Source: Squalus acanthias (lineage: Eukaryota). Taken from it: DNA of 64,000 nt. The stretch spans positions 120,902,001 to 120,966,000 of the forward strand of contig CM059431.1 in NCBI GenBank assembly GCA_030390025.1, in the 5' to 3' direction. Position numbers and translations under genes: made by a program. Under the pieces are notes generated by a model. That model ran no database searches and was not told the origin of the DNA. It was given only the letters and a program-made list of their open reading frames with translations. Positions 1 through 11,679 of this stretch are shown here, piece after piece (position 1 is the stretch's first letter; each line of letters starts with the position of its first letter).

Positions 1-225
1 GTGACTTGTTGCTCAATGCTTCTTACCCAACAACTTCAATAAAACTGACAGATTTTGCTTTGAAGTGTTTACTTAACTACAGTAGCCTGCAGCTCACAGA
101 GTATGATAGCTTTGTCCAGATAATAGTCTTGGCACTTGTTCCAATATCTATTACTATGGCTGCATGTTAGAGAATGTTCTTCTTGTTTAAACATCCTTGC
201 TGTTTCTAACTCCCCCCAAAAATGA

Positions 226-469
226 AAGACTTGCATTTATATAGCGCCTTCCATGACCTCAGGACCTTGAACATCCACCCGAGAGGGCAAACAGGGCCTT
301 GGTTTAACGTCTCAAACAAAAGACGGCACCTCCGACAGTGCAGCACTCCCTCAGCACTGCACTGGGAGTGTCAGTCTAGATTTTTGTGCTCAAGTCTCTG
401 GACTGGGACTTGAACCCACAACCTTCAGACTCAAAGGCAAGAGTGGGACCAACTGAACCACGGCTGACA
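226..469 (-). mobile_element. tRNA-headed Deu-domain SINE (SacSINE1-like), internally deleted
   Basis: tRNA-like head (tggttcagttggt...ggttcaagtccc), Deu-like core (gagacgttaaacc) and L2-type tail gcgctatataaatgcaagtcttt. Confidence 0.75.
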
Positions 470-1643
470 AAAATGACGAGTGCTAAACTGTTAATGGCTG
501 AGAATTTGGTTAGACTCTGGCAATCTTTTGAGGGTGAAATTCGTCTTGGGTGGAAGTCAATGGAAACAAAAATCCGACGGCTGTAAAACAGGCGACTGAT
601 CTATTATTGCCCATTTCACGCTACTGCCCAAGGTGAATTTCACCCTCATTCTGTATAAAAGATTAAATTGTTAAAGTAAGCAATGAATTAAACATCGACA
701 GTTGAAAAGGTTGACAGAGAACATAGATTATCGGATGTTATGGGTGTAAATACTTGGTCAACTACTTTATTTGGTTTTATATATCAGTGTTGTTCAATAC
801 ATTAGCCACTAGACACATGCAGCTAATTGGGAATCCAGATGTGGCTAATTGCATTTATGATTAGTAAATAAAAAATGAGTAATAGACACTGTTTTTGGGC
901 ATGTAATCTCAAAACTCATATTCGTATGGCGTCTGCATGTGTACTTTAGCCTTTTTCTGTATTTGTTGGCAAGATGGCAAGCAGAGAGTACAAGTATGTT
1001 TAAATGTTTACATAGTACTTTACAGTTTAGACAAAATTGACAGAAAAGCTTCATTCAAAAACACAATAACAGGAATAAGGTTTGTGACAGGGATGGGTAA
1101 AAAAATTAGGCCTTGCCAGAGGTGTCCACATCACGGGAACAGACTAAAAAAGGAGGCTCATGCTATATTGAAGACTTTTAACATATATGTATATATATAA
1201 TATATATGTGGGTGCTTTACTTCCTTGGTTACCGAATGGTGGTAGATGTTTGATAAGTAAAAATATATATAGGTGAAGTGCATTTACCTGTACTGTGTGA
1301 ATGTATGTAAAGTGTTTTCTACTAAAATATCTGTGGTTAGTCAGAAATTTCTATTGAACAAAACTGTTATATATAACAGCATTTTAATGAAATAAAATAT
1401 TTCCACCATCAGTCCATATATAAACTAGATAAGGACCTTGAAAGTCAGTTTTTATTGCTGATTTCAAAACCTCAGTTTTTTTTCAGTTTTTATTTTTAGT
1501 TTCAAAAGCCGGTTGAAAACCACGGGAGGAGAAATAGGTCCCCAAACCAGGGTAAATTTGGAGAGAATCAGTAAACAATTATTTTTTATTTAAAATATAC
1601 TAAACCTCAAGAAAACAAGCAAGCGATGAACTTTTAAAGAACA

Positions 1644-1878
1644 GAAAACGCTGGAAAAACTCAGCAGGCGAGGCAGCATCCGTGGAGAGAGAAACAGAGT
1701 TAACGTTTCAGGTCGAAGACCTTTCATCAGAACTGTTCTGAAAAGTTCTGATGAAAGGTCTTCGACCTGAAACGTTAACTCTGTTTCTCTCTCCACGGAT
1801 GCTGCCTCGCCTGCTGAGTTTTTCCAGCGTTTTCTGTTGTTATTTCGGATTTCCAGCATCTGCAGTATTTTGCTATCA
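1644..1878. mobile_element. Palindromic Penelope-type terminal-repeat insertion with two inverted minimal hammerhead motifs
   Basis: Perfect 95-bp inverted arms at 1640-1734 and 1744-1838. 15-bp flanking direct repeat AACTTTTAAAGAACA. The same sequence ends the GIY-YIG fragments elsewhere in the window. Confidence 0.8.
1744..1780 (+). ncRNA. Minimal type I hammerhead ribozyme motif (mirror copy at 1698-1734 on minus)
   Basis: agtt-CTGATGA-a-aggtc-ttc-gacct-GAAA-CG-TT-aact. Confidence 0.75.
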
Positions 1879-1894
1879 AACTTTTAAAGAACAT

Positions 1895-2420
1895 GGCCTA
1901 GAAATTAGTTCACACCCAACTTTGGGCATGAGCCCAGTGGCAAGCATGAATCGCCGGGCAAGAGATCCAGGCGGAATTGGCTGCCTTGGGTCACCAGACC
2001 TGCATGCTGGGGACAACGGTAGTGCGACAGTTGCAACGAAGGTGAAGATTGGCCGGCAGGGACACCAGCACGGGACTTACCGTGAGTCCAGGGGGAGAAG
2101 GAGATCGGGAGGGGAGCAAGCAGTGGCCAGCAGTGGCCCACAGTTTTAATGTGGAGTCAGGAAAAGCAATACGCCAGTTCTGTACACCAGGAGGAACACC
2201 TAAACCACATTCACAATGGACGAGATAGAGAGTATTAAGCTTCGCCTGCAGGCTTCCCCAGGGCACAAGGTGCCACAGACTACACCCACATTGCCTTGCA
2301 TGCATCACCAGCCTGGCATCTTTCTCAATATAAAGGGATCCCACTTGCTGAATGTCCAGCTTGTTTGCGACCACATGCAGTGCATCAAGCAGATCTGTGA
2401 CTAGCTTCCTGGCCACAGAG
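1895..2420 (+). mobile_element. PIF/Harbinger element fragment with decayed DDE transposase
   Basis: GGCCTAGAAATT terminus. Peptide PGIFLNIKGSHLLNVQLVCDH resembles the HARBI1 NRKG.HS.NVQ motif. Confidence 0.7.
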
Positions 2421-2444
2421 CCTGCCTACAATGAGACACAGGAG

Positions 2445-3825
2445 CTGTAGAGGAACAAGGGGATTTAGGTGTCCGTGTACACAAATCACTAAAAGCTAGT
2501 GCACAGGTTCAAAAAGCAATCAAAAAGACTAATAGAATTTTGGCCTTTTTATAAAGTGCTTGGAATACAAAGATGCTCCAGAGCCTTGGTCAGATCCCAT
2601 CTGGCATACTGCATTTAGTGTCAGACATAGAACCCCAGGAAAGATATATTGCTCTTGGAGGGGATGAAGGGCACATTCACCAGAATGATACCAGGACTTA
2701 AAGGGATAAATTGAGGATAGATTGCGTAAAATTGTTTGTATTCACTTGAGTTTAGAAGGTTGAGGGGTGATCTAGAAAAGTCATTACAATGATAATGGAA
2801 TTTGATCGGGTTGATACAGAGAAACTCTTTCCTCTGGTGAGGGAATCCAGAACAAGTGGGCATCATCTTAAAATTAGAACTGGGCCATTTAGGAGTGAAA
2901 TCAGGAAGCACTTTTTCTCACCAAGGATAATGGAAATCTAGGCCAAGAGTTCCTGCTTTGGGCGCAATCGGCAATCCGGGCGCAAATTGCGCTCAAATTT
3001 GTGCTAGTTTTCAGAGTGTTTATTTTTGTTCCAGCTTTCGCTCAAAGTCATTTGCATATCACTGAACTTAAAATGTTCCATGAACTAGCGCAATTGAAAA
3101 AATATTCCTTGATATATTTAAGAGTGGTAATCTGGTGCAGTTTTATTAATACAGCTGAAAATGGGTTTAATCACAAAAAATAAGTATTTTTAGAGTGTCT
3201 TGTCCACCACCTGTGAGTAACCCGATTTTAAACAACTGAAAATGATTTACTAGTTACATTGGTGTACAGTGTACAGTAGTCAGTTTCTTAGTAAATTAAA
3301 AAATATATATATTTAAAAGCTTTTAAAATTTGCCTATTAGTGTACTTGCAACTGAACAAAAAACCTTCATTTTAAGAGCCTCCTCGAAGGCCCACAAACG
3401 AGTGCAATTAGTGGAAACTCGCAACGGTGATTAATTCGATCGAGGGCGTGGCCAGTTTTGTGGGCAGGGCCGGCTTTTAGCACGATGTTTTGTAAACTAG
3501 CGCAAAAGAGTGTGGAAACTCGATTTGCACTGGGCATAATTTGCAATTGCAATTCCGTGATCTTTTGCGCTGGTTTGGACGATTTTGGGTGAATTACGCT
3601 GAAGAAACCAACACAACTCCAGGCCCTGGAATTCTCTCCCACAGAAGGCTGTGGATGCTGGATCAATTGAAATTTTCAAGACTGAGTGGTAGATTTTTCT
3701 CATGCAAGGGTATCAAGTGATACGGAGCAAAGGTGGGTAAATGGAGTTGAGGTAGAGATCAGCCATGATCTAGCTGAATGGCGGAACAGGCTTGAAGGGC
3801 TGAATGGCCTAGTCCTGGTCCTGTA
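2445..3825 (+). mobile_element. CR1 LINE 3' fragment interrupted by a MITE (~2941-3625)
   Basis: Decayed RT C-terminal sequence and CR1 3' UTR (gatcagccatgatc...gaatggcct). GGCC-terminated inverted-repeat insert in the middle. Confidence 0.75.
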
Positions 3826-4024
3826 TGCTGGGTTCGACCTAATCTAGGATTTCCTGCTTGACTTTGTAAGGGGCCTCTGCCTGCCCCTTAAATAGAGAAG
3901 GTGAGGCCAGAGATAGGAACTCCCTACACTCCCTATAGAGTCCCTACTTTCCTAGCCTATATGGGACCTGGCACATGTAACTAAGAATTAAGCAAAGGAA
4001 ACCCAAATTCATGAATAGACAAAT

Positions 4025-4323
4025 AGAAAGAAAGACTTGCATTTATATAGCGCCTTTCACAACCTCAGGACGTCCCAAAGCACTTTACAGCCAATGAAAT
4101 GTAGTCACTGTTGTAATGTAGGTAATGTGCCAGCAAGCTCCCACAGGAAGCAATGTGATAATGACCAGATAATCTGTTTTTAGTGATGCTAATTGAGGGT
4201 TAAATACTGGCCAGGACACGGGGGGTTAAGTCCCCAGCTCTTTGTCGAAGTAGCGTCATGGGATCACTTACCTCCACCTGAGAGAGCAGATAGGGCTTTG
4301 GGTTAACGTCTCATCCGAAAGAC
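4025..4323 (-). mobile_element. Deu-domain SINE 3' part
   Basis: Same tail and core as 226-469 and 62668-62998. Confidence 0.7.
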
Positions 4324-5089
4324 ATTAAAGGGATACGGAGCAAAGACAAAATTTCAACTTCAATAGTACCGTGCACCTTTAATACAACCAAGGGCCTGAA
4401 ATTCCTGATCCTGGGAGGGCACCACAGGGGTAAGGACTATGTGGTGGAGTATGTGCAGTTTGTGGTTGATACAGTTTCACCAGGTCTCTGCCCCTTCTCT
4501 GAACTTGGAAAATTCCATCGGAAGTGGGAGCAGGAGTTTCATGCATCTAAACATTCTTTTGTGCTGATGTCAGAAGAAGTGACTGGACTGGCAGGATGAT
4601 GCCACCCAACATAAAATCGTTCAGTTCAGCTTCCTTAGTCCCCAGTACAAAGTACACCTCTATCGTGCAAAGTACAGCTGTGCTTGCATGCTGGGATAAG
4701 GTCCTTGCAGAAGCGAGGCCCACAATGCTGATTCCCGAACAGCTACTGTCAATTCACCATTTATTCTTGTGGAAGTCTCCAATCTAAAGGTGGCATGGTC
4801 CCCTTCCCCAACGCAGCTGGAATTCCTGCCCTGCCACTCCTCCAGGGGCAGAGCAAGGCTCTAGGGACACTGCGCCTCAAATCCCAAAGGACAGAGCATG
4901 TTTTTTCTCCAGCACCCACCTGGACCTGGAAGAGGATATTGGAGGCCAGTATGCCCAGTGAGGTGAGACATGCCAGCATCCACAATGGCGCATATGGGCC
5001 GGCCTGCCCCATGCTAATGAGGTGTCCCTTTGGTGGAGTCAGTGCTGGAGCCAACCGCTAGGTGCAATCTCGTCGGGTGAGTGCGGAGC

Positions 5090-8000
5090 ACCACGGAAGC
5101 GGCCCCAAGCATTTAAACAGCAGCGCGGCAGCGCAGCAGCAGAGAGGGGAAAACAAATACTGATTAAATGTGCAAAAATTTCGTCACAGTCGATGGAGTG
5201 GAGGAGCCTGTGAAAGCCAAGTGATGTCACGGCGAGCACGGAGGAGGAGCTCTGAAGGTGAGTAAATCGGGAGAGTAAAAAGTAAGTAATTTGTTTCTTT
5301 TTAAATAAAAGCAATCTACTTAATTTTAATTCAGGCTATTAATAAACAAATAAATAAAAAAGACTAGAAATGGCAGGGCAGGCTATGTGTTGGGACTGTA
5401 GTATGTGGGAGTTTGTGGACAGCAAGACTGTCCCGGATTCCCACATCTGCAGGAAATGTCTCTGCCTTCAGTCACTCCAACTCAGAGTTGTTGAGCTGGA
5501 GTGCGAGATAGAGACACTCTGACACATAAGGGAGGGGGAAGAATTTCTGGATAGTTATATCCGGAACACAGTCACATGCTAGAGGAAAGCACAGGTTCAG
5601 GAAGAGCAGGGTGTGACTGTGAGGGAGCCAGATGGTGGGGACTTAGGAGAGGTTGGGGAGGAGGTCCTGTCCAACAGGTATGATGTACTCGCTAACTGTG
5701 AGGACAAGGAGAAAGACTGCGGGGAGGACAGCCATAATGCAGTCCAAGGCACTGTGGCTCAGAAGGCTGTCCAAGGGCTGGGGGGTGGGGGAGGGGGGCA
5801 AGAGCAGAATAGAAATGTGGCAGTGATAGGGGATTCTATATTTAGGGGGTTAGATATCATCCTCTGCAGACACGAATGAGAGTCCCGAAAGGTGCATTGC
5901 CTATAGGGTGCCAGGGTAAGGGATATCTCGAGGCGGCTGGAAAGGAATTTGGAAAGCGAGTGGGAAAATCCAGTTGTCCATGTCAGAACAAACAACATAA
6001 TTATGAACAAAGAGGATGTCCTACCAAGGGAGTATCAGGAGTTAGGAGCTAAATTAAAAAACAGGACCTCGAGAGTAATAATCTCTGGATTATTGCTCGA
6101 GACACGTGCAAAAATGACACAGAAACAGACAGATCAGAAGAATTAACCTGTGGCTAAAGGGCTGGCGTGGGAAAGAGGGGTTTCTTTCCATGGGACACTG
6201 GCACCAGTACTGGGACAGGAAGGAGCTGTATCGATGGGTTGGGCTCCGCCTGAACTGGAATAGGACCAGTGTCCTAGTGGAAAGGGTAAATAGGGAGGTG
6301 GCAAAGGCTTTAAACAAGCAAGATGGGAGGAGGGATCTACAAGAAATGAAACAAGCCTAAATATAAACAAAACAGGAAAGGAGAGCATACGACATACTAA
6401 AGGAGGACATACATGGCCAGGGAATAAATAGAGTGAAAGAACAGGAGTGTAAAAAGATGGTTAAAAATAAAGTGAGAGGAACTGCTATTAAAAATGAAGT
6501 GAAACTGTCTGTACAGCAATGCGCACAGTGTCGATAATAAAACAGGGAAACTGGAGACAATAATATGTTGTGAGGAACCAGATATAATAGGGATTACTAA
6601 GCCATGGCTACAGAAAATTCAAGACTGGGAATTAAACATTGCAGGGTGTAACATGTTTAGGAAAGATAGAGAGGGAAAAAGGGGAGGTAGAGTAGCTGTA
6701 CTTATTAGAGATAACATAATGGCAGTAGAAAAAAATGAAGCAGCTATTAGTGAGACAGAAATAGAATTCATCTGGATAGCGATAAAAGATAATAAAGGAT
6801 CAATCACACTAATAAGGGTAGTCTACAGACCATCTAATAGTGGAAGGGAGGTGGAGGAAGAAATATGCAAACAAATTAAGGATATGAGTAAAAACATAGA
6901 ATAATAATCATGGGAGATTTCAACTACCCTGAAATTAATTGGCCAGAAGAGGTAGGTAAAGGGAGTTCCTACAATGTGTACAGGATACTTTTCTAACCTA
7001 GTATGTAAGAAGGCTGCCAAGAGAGGATTCGCTACTGGGGCTAGTAATGGAGAATGAACCAGAGCAGATAAGAGAAGTAAAAGTAAGGGAACATCTCGGC
7101 AATAGTGACCATAATATAATACACTTTAAGATAATAATTGAGAAGGACATAAGTATGGAGAACACCATACATTGGAGAAAAGTCGATTTTGAGGGGCAGA
7201 GAATAGAACTTGCAAAAATAAAATGTACAACAATATTGGCAAACAATAATGTAGAGCAGCAATGGAAAACATTTAAAAAAGTGTTCAACAGAGTTCAGGA
7301 AAAATACATTCCGTTAAAAAGCAAGAACAAATTAAACACGAATGAGACCTCATGGATGAACATAGACATTAGGGAAAAATTGAGGGTAAGGAAAGAGGCA
7401 TTCACTAAGGACATGAACAGCAGGGGAGAGCATGAAAAGGGAGAATACGAAGAGATTAGGAGAGAAGTCAAAAAAACAATTAGGAAGGCAAAGAGGAAGT
7501 GTGAAATTAAATTATTAAGGAACATAAAACAAAATAGGAAAATATTCTCCAGGCACATAAATAAAAGAAAGGAAAGTCAGGATGGAAATAGAGCCACTAA
7601 GGGATGGACAGGATAAAATCACAGGCAGAGATAGTGAAATGCCAGAAATATTACATAATTACTTTGCTTCAGTATTAACATCAGAAGATGAGATTAGAAA
7701 TGATATAACCACATTTAAAGTAAAAAGAGGTAAAATATTAAATAAACTAATCAAACTCAAAGAGAATAAAAGCCCCTGGTCTGGATGGATTATATCGGTG
7801 CATTGTAAAAGAATCTAGGGAGGGATAGCAGAGGCACTATTACACATATTTAATAATTCATTAGAAGAATGTGTAGTTGCTTGATCAACCTCACTGAATT
7901 CTTTGGAGAGGTAACAGAGAGGGTAATGCAGTGGAAGTAATTTATCTAGATTTCCAAAAGGCCTTTGATAAGGTGCTATATAATAGATTAAAGAATAAGG

Positions 8001-8715
8001 TCAGAGCATGCGGAATCAGGGGACTATGGATAACTAGCTGGCTGAAAGACAGACAGCAGAGAGTGGGGTGAAGGGTAGCTATTCAGAGTGGCAGAAGGTG
8101 GGGTCCTACAAGGATCAGTGCTGGGACCACAGTTGTTCAAAATTTATATTAACAATTTAGACTTTGGAACAAAAATACAATTGCAAATTTGTGGATGACA
8201 CCAAATTGAGGGGGGGGGGATAGTCAATACTGAGGAGGATGGCAATAAATTACTCAAAAACATGAATAAACTTGCAGAATGGGCATATAATTAGCAAATG
8301 AATTTCAATACAGATAAGTGTGAGGTATTACATTTTGGTAAGAAAAATAATGAGGTCACATGTTACTTGCAAAATAAGAATCTCAAAAGGGTAGAGGAAC
8401 AAAGGGATCTCAAAGTACAAATACACAATTCACTAAAAGTAGCGACGCAGGTTAATAAGGCCATAAAAAATGCAAACCAAGCACTACAGGTTATTTCTAG
8501 AGGGATAGAATTGAAAAGTAAAGAAGTTATGTTAAACTAGTATCGAACCCTGATTAGACCACACTAGGACCATTTTTGGACTCTAGGTGAATCAAGGGAT
8601 ATGGGGATCGGGCAGGAAAGTGGAGTTGAGGTTGAAGATCAGCCATGATCTTATTGAATGGCGGAGCAGGCTCAGAGGGCCGTATGGCCTACTCCTGCTC
8701 CTAATTCTTATGTTC
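5090..8715 (+). mobile_element. Decayed near full-length CR1 LINE (ORF1 zinc finger/SGNH esterase; ORF2 APE endonuclease and RT) with deletions
   Basis: VAVIGDSIFRG and VVHVRTNN (esterase); RKDREGKRGGRVAVLI, VYRP and HLGNSDHN (APE); MNFNTDKCEVLHFG (RT); CR1 3' tail. Confidence 0.9.
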
Positions 8716-9045
8716 TTAGAAAGTTCCAAAGATTCACAACCCTTTGAGTGAAGACACTTCTCATCTCAGGCCTAAATGGGCGACCCTTTATTCTGAGACT
8801 GTGACCCCTGGTTCTAGACTCCCCAGCCAGGGGAAACATCCTCCCAGCATTTACCCTGTCAAGCCCTTTAAGAATATTATGTTTCAATGAGATCACCTCT
8901 CATTCTTCTAAACTCCAGGGAATATAGGCCTAGTCTACTCAATCTCTCCTCATAGGACAATCACCTTACCCCAGGAATCAGTCCAGTGAATCTTTGTTGC
9001 TCTCCCTCTAAGGCAAGTTTGTCCTTCCCTTGGTACGGAGACCAA

Positions 9046-9729
9046 GGGCAGAATTTTCATTGACCCGTGGAGGTGGGTTTGGAGTCGTGTGGGGGGTTAA
9101 AATTGTGAAAACTGGTGGGCGGGCACAAGCCCGCCTCCATCCCACCTCCACGCAATTTTCATTAAATCGTGTCTGCTGGTCCCAACTCTGTCCTGCCTCT
9201 AAGAGGCGGGATAGGCTGTTAAGGCCCTTAACAAGCACTAAATTGCCTCTATAATGCCATTTTGAAAGGCCTTTGTGATTTTAACCCTTTTTCTATGTAA
9301 AGCACGCCTGTTCTGAACCATGAAAGTGAAACCTGGCGGTAGCACATTTCGAAAGCTGACTATCAGCTGCAGGTCCACTATTACAACGATGATGATGGAT
9401 GATGATGATGATGAGGAGGAGTAGTAGTAGTGGTACAAAAATATCTGGGAGCAGACTTATGGCTGCTGCTGCTCATTTTGCATCCAGGTCCTCTCACAGC
9501 AAAGGCCAGGCAGTCTTTGCAGACCTTCAGTGCAGCAGCAATGATGACATCATCAGAGGCGACTTTTAGACTGAAAACACTAATTGGGTCATGGGTTCCC
9601 ACATGCTGGAACTCAATTGCCCAATTAGGTGAAAGTCGCATCAATCTCCCACATCCAATTGCAGTCGGGTGGATAACACAAAAAGTGGATGACACGACCC
9701 CAACCCGCCCCTGTATCAAAATGCAGCCC
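9046..9729. mobile_element. Harbinger-type MITE copy 1
   Basis: TIRs GGGCAGAATTTT...AAAATGCAGCCC; 3-bp TSD CAA. Confidence 0.75.
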
Positions 9730-10038
9730 CAAATCTGTACACAATACTCCAGATGTGGTCTCACCAGGGCCCTATATTATTGTAGTAAGACTTCTTTACT
9801 CTTATACTCCAATCCCTTTGTAATAAAGGCTATTATACCATTTGCTTTCCTAATTGCTTGCTATACCTGCATGTTAAATTTGTGCACAAGGACACCCAGG
9901 TCCCTCTGAGCACCAACATTTCCCAGTCTCTCACCATTTAAAAAATACTTTGCTTTTCTATTTTTCATACCAAAGTGGATAACTTAGCACTTCTCCACAT
10001 TATATTCCATCTGCCATGTTCTTGCCCACTCACTTAAT

Positions 10039-10743
10039 GGGCTGGATTTTCATTGACCCGTGGAGGTGGGTTTGGAGTCATGTGGGGGGTTAAAATTGCG
10101 AAAACTGGTGGGCGGGCACAAGCCCGCCTCCATCCCGCCTCCACGCAATTTTCATTCAATCGTGTATGCTGGTCCCGACTCCGTCCCGCCTCTAAGAGGT
10201 GGGATAGGCTGTTAAGGCCCTTAACAAGCATTAAATTGCCTCTATAATGCCATTTTGAAAGGCCTTTGTGATTTTAACCCCTTTTCTATGTGAAGCACGC
10301 CTGTTCTGAACCACGAATGTGAAACCTGGAAGGAGCACATTTGGCTGGCTGGCTGGCTGACTGATCTGGGAGTGGTGGTGGATGGGAGGATGGATGGATG
10401 ACATATCTGGGAGTGGTGGTGGATGGGAGACATATCTGGGAGTGGTGGTGCAAAAATATCTGGGAGCAGACTTAGGGCTGCTGCTGCTCATTTTGCATCC
10501 AGGTCCTCTCACAGCAAAGGCCAGGCAGTCTTTGCAGACCTTCAATGCAGCAGCAATGATGACATCATCAGAGGCGACTTTCAGACTGAAAACACTAATT
10601 GGTTTATGGGTTCCCACATGCTGGAACTCAATTGCCCAATTAGGTGAAAGTCGCATCAATCTCCCACATCCAATTGCAGTCAGGTGGATAACCCGAAAAG
10701 TGGATGACACGATCCCAACCCGCCCCGTATCAAAATCCAGCCC
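10039..10743. mobile_element. Harbinger-type MITE copy 2 (same family and orientation)
   Basis: TIRs GGGCTGGATTTT...AAAATCCAGCCC; highly similar to 9046-9729. Confidence 0.78.
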
Positions 10744-11242
10744 AACTTGTCTATATTCCTTTGCAGCCTCTTTGCATCCTGCTCACAGCTTACTTTCCCA
10801 CCTAACTTTGTATCATCAGCAAACCTGGATACATTACACTCGGTCCCCTCATCTAAGTCATTGATATAGATTGTAAATAGCTGAGGCTCAAATACTGACC
10901 CTTGCGGTACCCCACTAGTTACAGCCTGCCAATCCGAATCTCTGTTTTCTGTCCATTAAGCAATTCTTAATCCATGCTAACATATTACCCCAAATCCCAT
11001 GAGCCCTAATTTTGTGTCATAACCTCTTGTGTGGCACCTTATCGAATGCTTTTTGAAAATCCAAATACACTACATCCATTGGTTCCCCCTTATCCAACCT
11101 GCTCGTTGCAACCTCAAAAAACTCCAACAGACTTGTCAAACATGACTTCTCTTTCATGTATCTGTTGGTGCAAACTGGTTTAGCTTTGCACTTATGCTGC
11201 TCTTACTGTGTAAATGCAGCCTGAATTGAATGTCAGGACCCA

Positions 11243-11679
11243 ACATAGAAACATAGAAACATAGAATCTAGGAGCAGGAGTAGGCCATTCGGCCCGTCGA
11301 GCCTGCTCCACCATTCAATACGATCATGGCTGATCATCCAAATCCAGTACCCTGTCCCTGCTTTAATCCCCACAGTACACATATCCCACCCTACCCCCGT
11401 AACCCCACGTATTTAATTCCCCCTAACATATCCCATCCTATCCCCATAACCCTACATATTTAATCCCCCCTAACACTAAGGGTCAATTTATCATAGCCAA
11501 ATCAACCTAACCCGCACATTTTTGGACTGTGGGAGGAAACCGGAGCACCCGGAGGAAACCCACGCAGACACGGGGAGAATGTGCAAACTCCACACAGACA
11601 GTCACCCGAGGTCAGATTCGAACCCGGGTCTCTGGCGCTGTGAGGCACCAGTGCTAACCACTATGCCACCGTGTTGCCC
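11243..11679 (-). mobile_element. HE1-like V-SINE with CR1-derived tail
   Basis: tRNA head, V-domain (gtgtggagtttgcacattctccccgtgtctgcgtgggtttcctccggg), CR1 3' tail and (TTTCTATG)n end. Confidence 0.85.

Larger units (their letters stand above)
8716..11160 (-). mobile_element. CR1 ORF2 RT fragment interrupted by two sister MITEs
   Basis: RPHLEYCVQ and FPLAGESRTRGHSLRIKGRPF peptides on the minus strand. Confidence 0.85.

Noticed and set aside
400..469. tRNA genes (also near 11610-11679 and 17980-18050)
   Set aside because: These are tRNA-derived SINE heads attached to SINE bodies.
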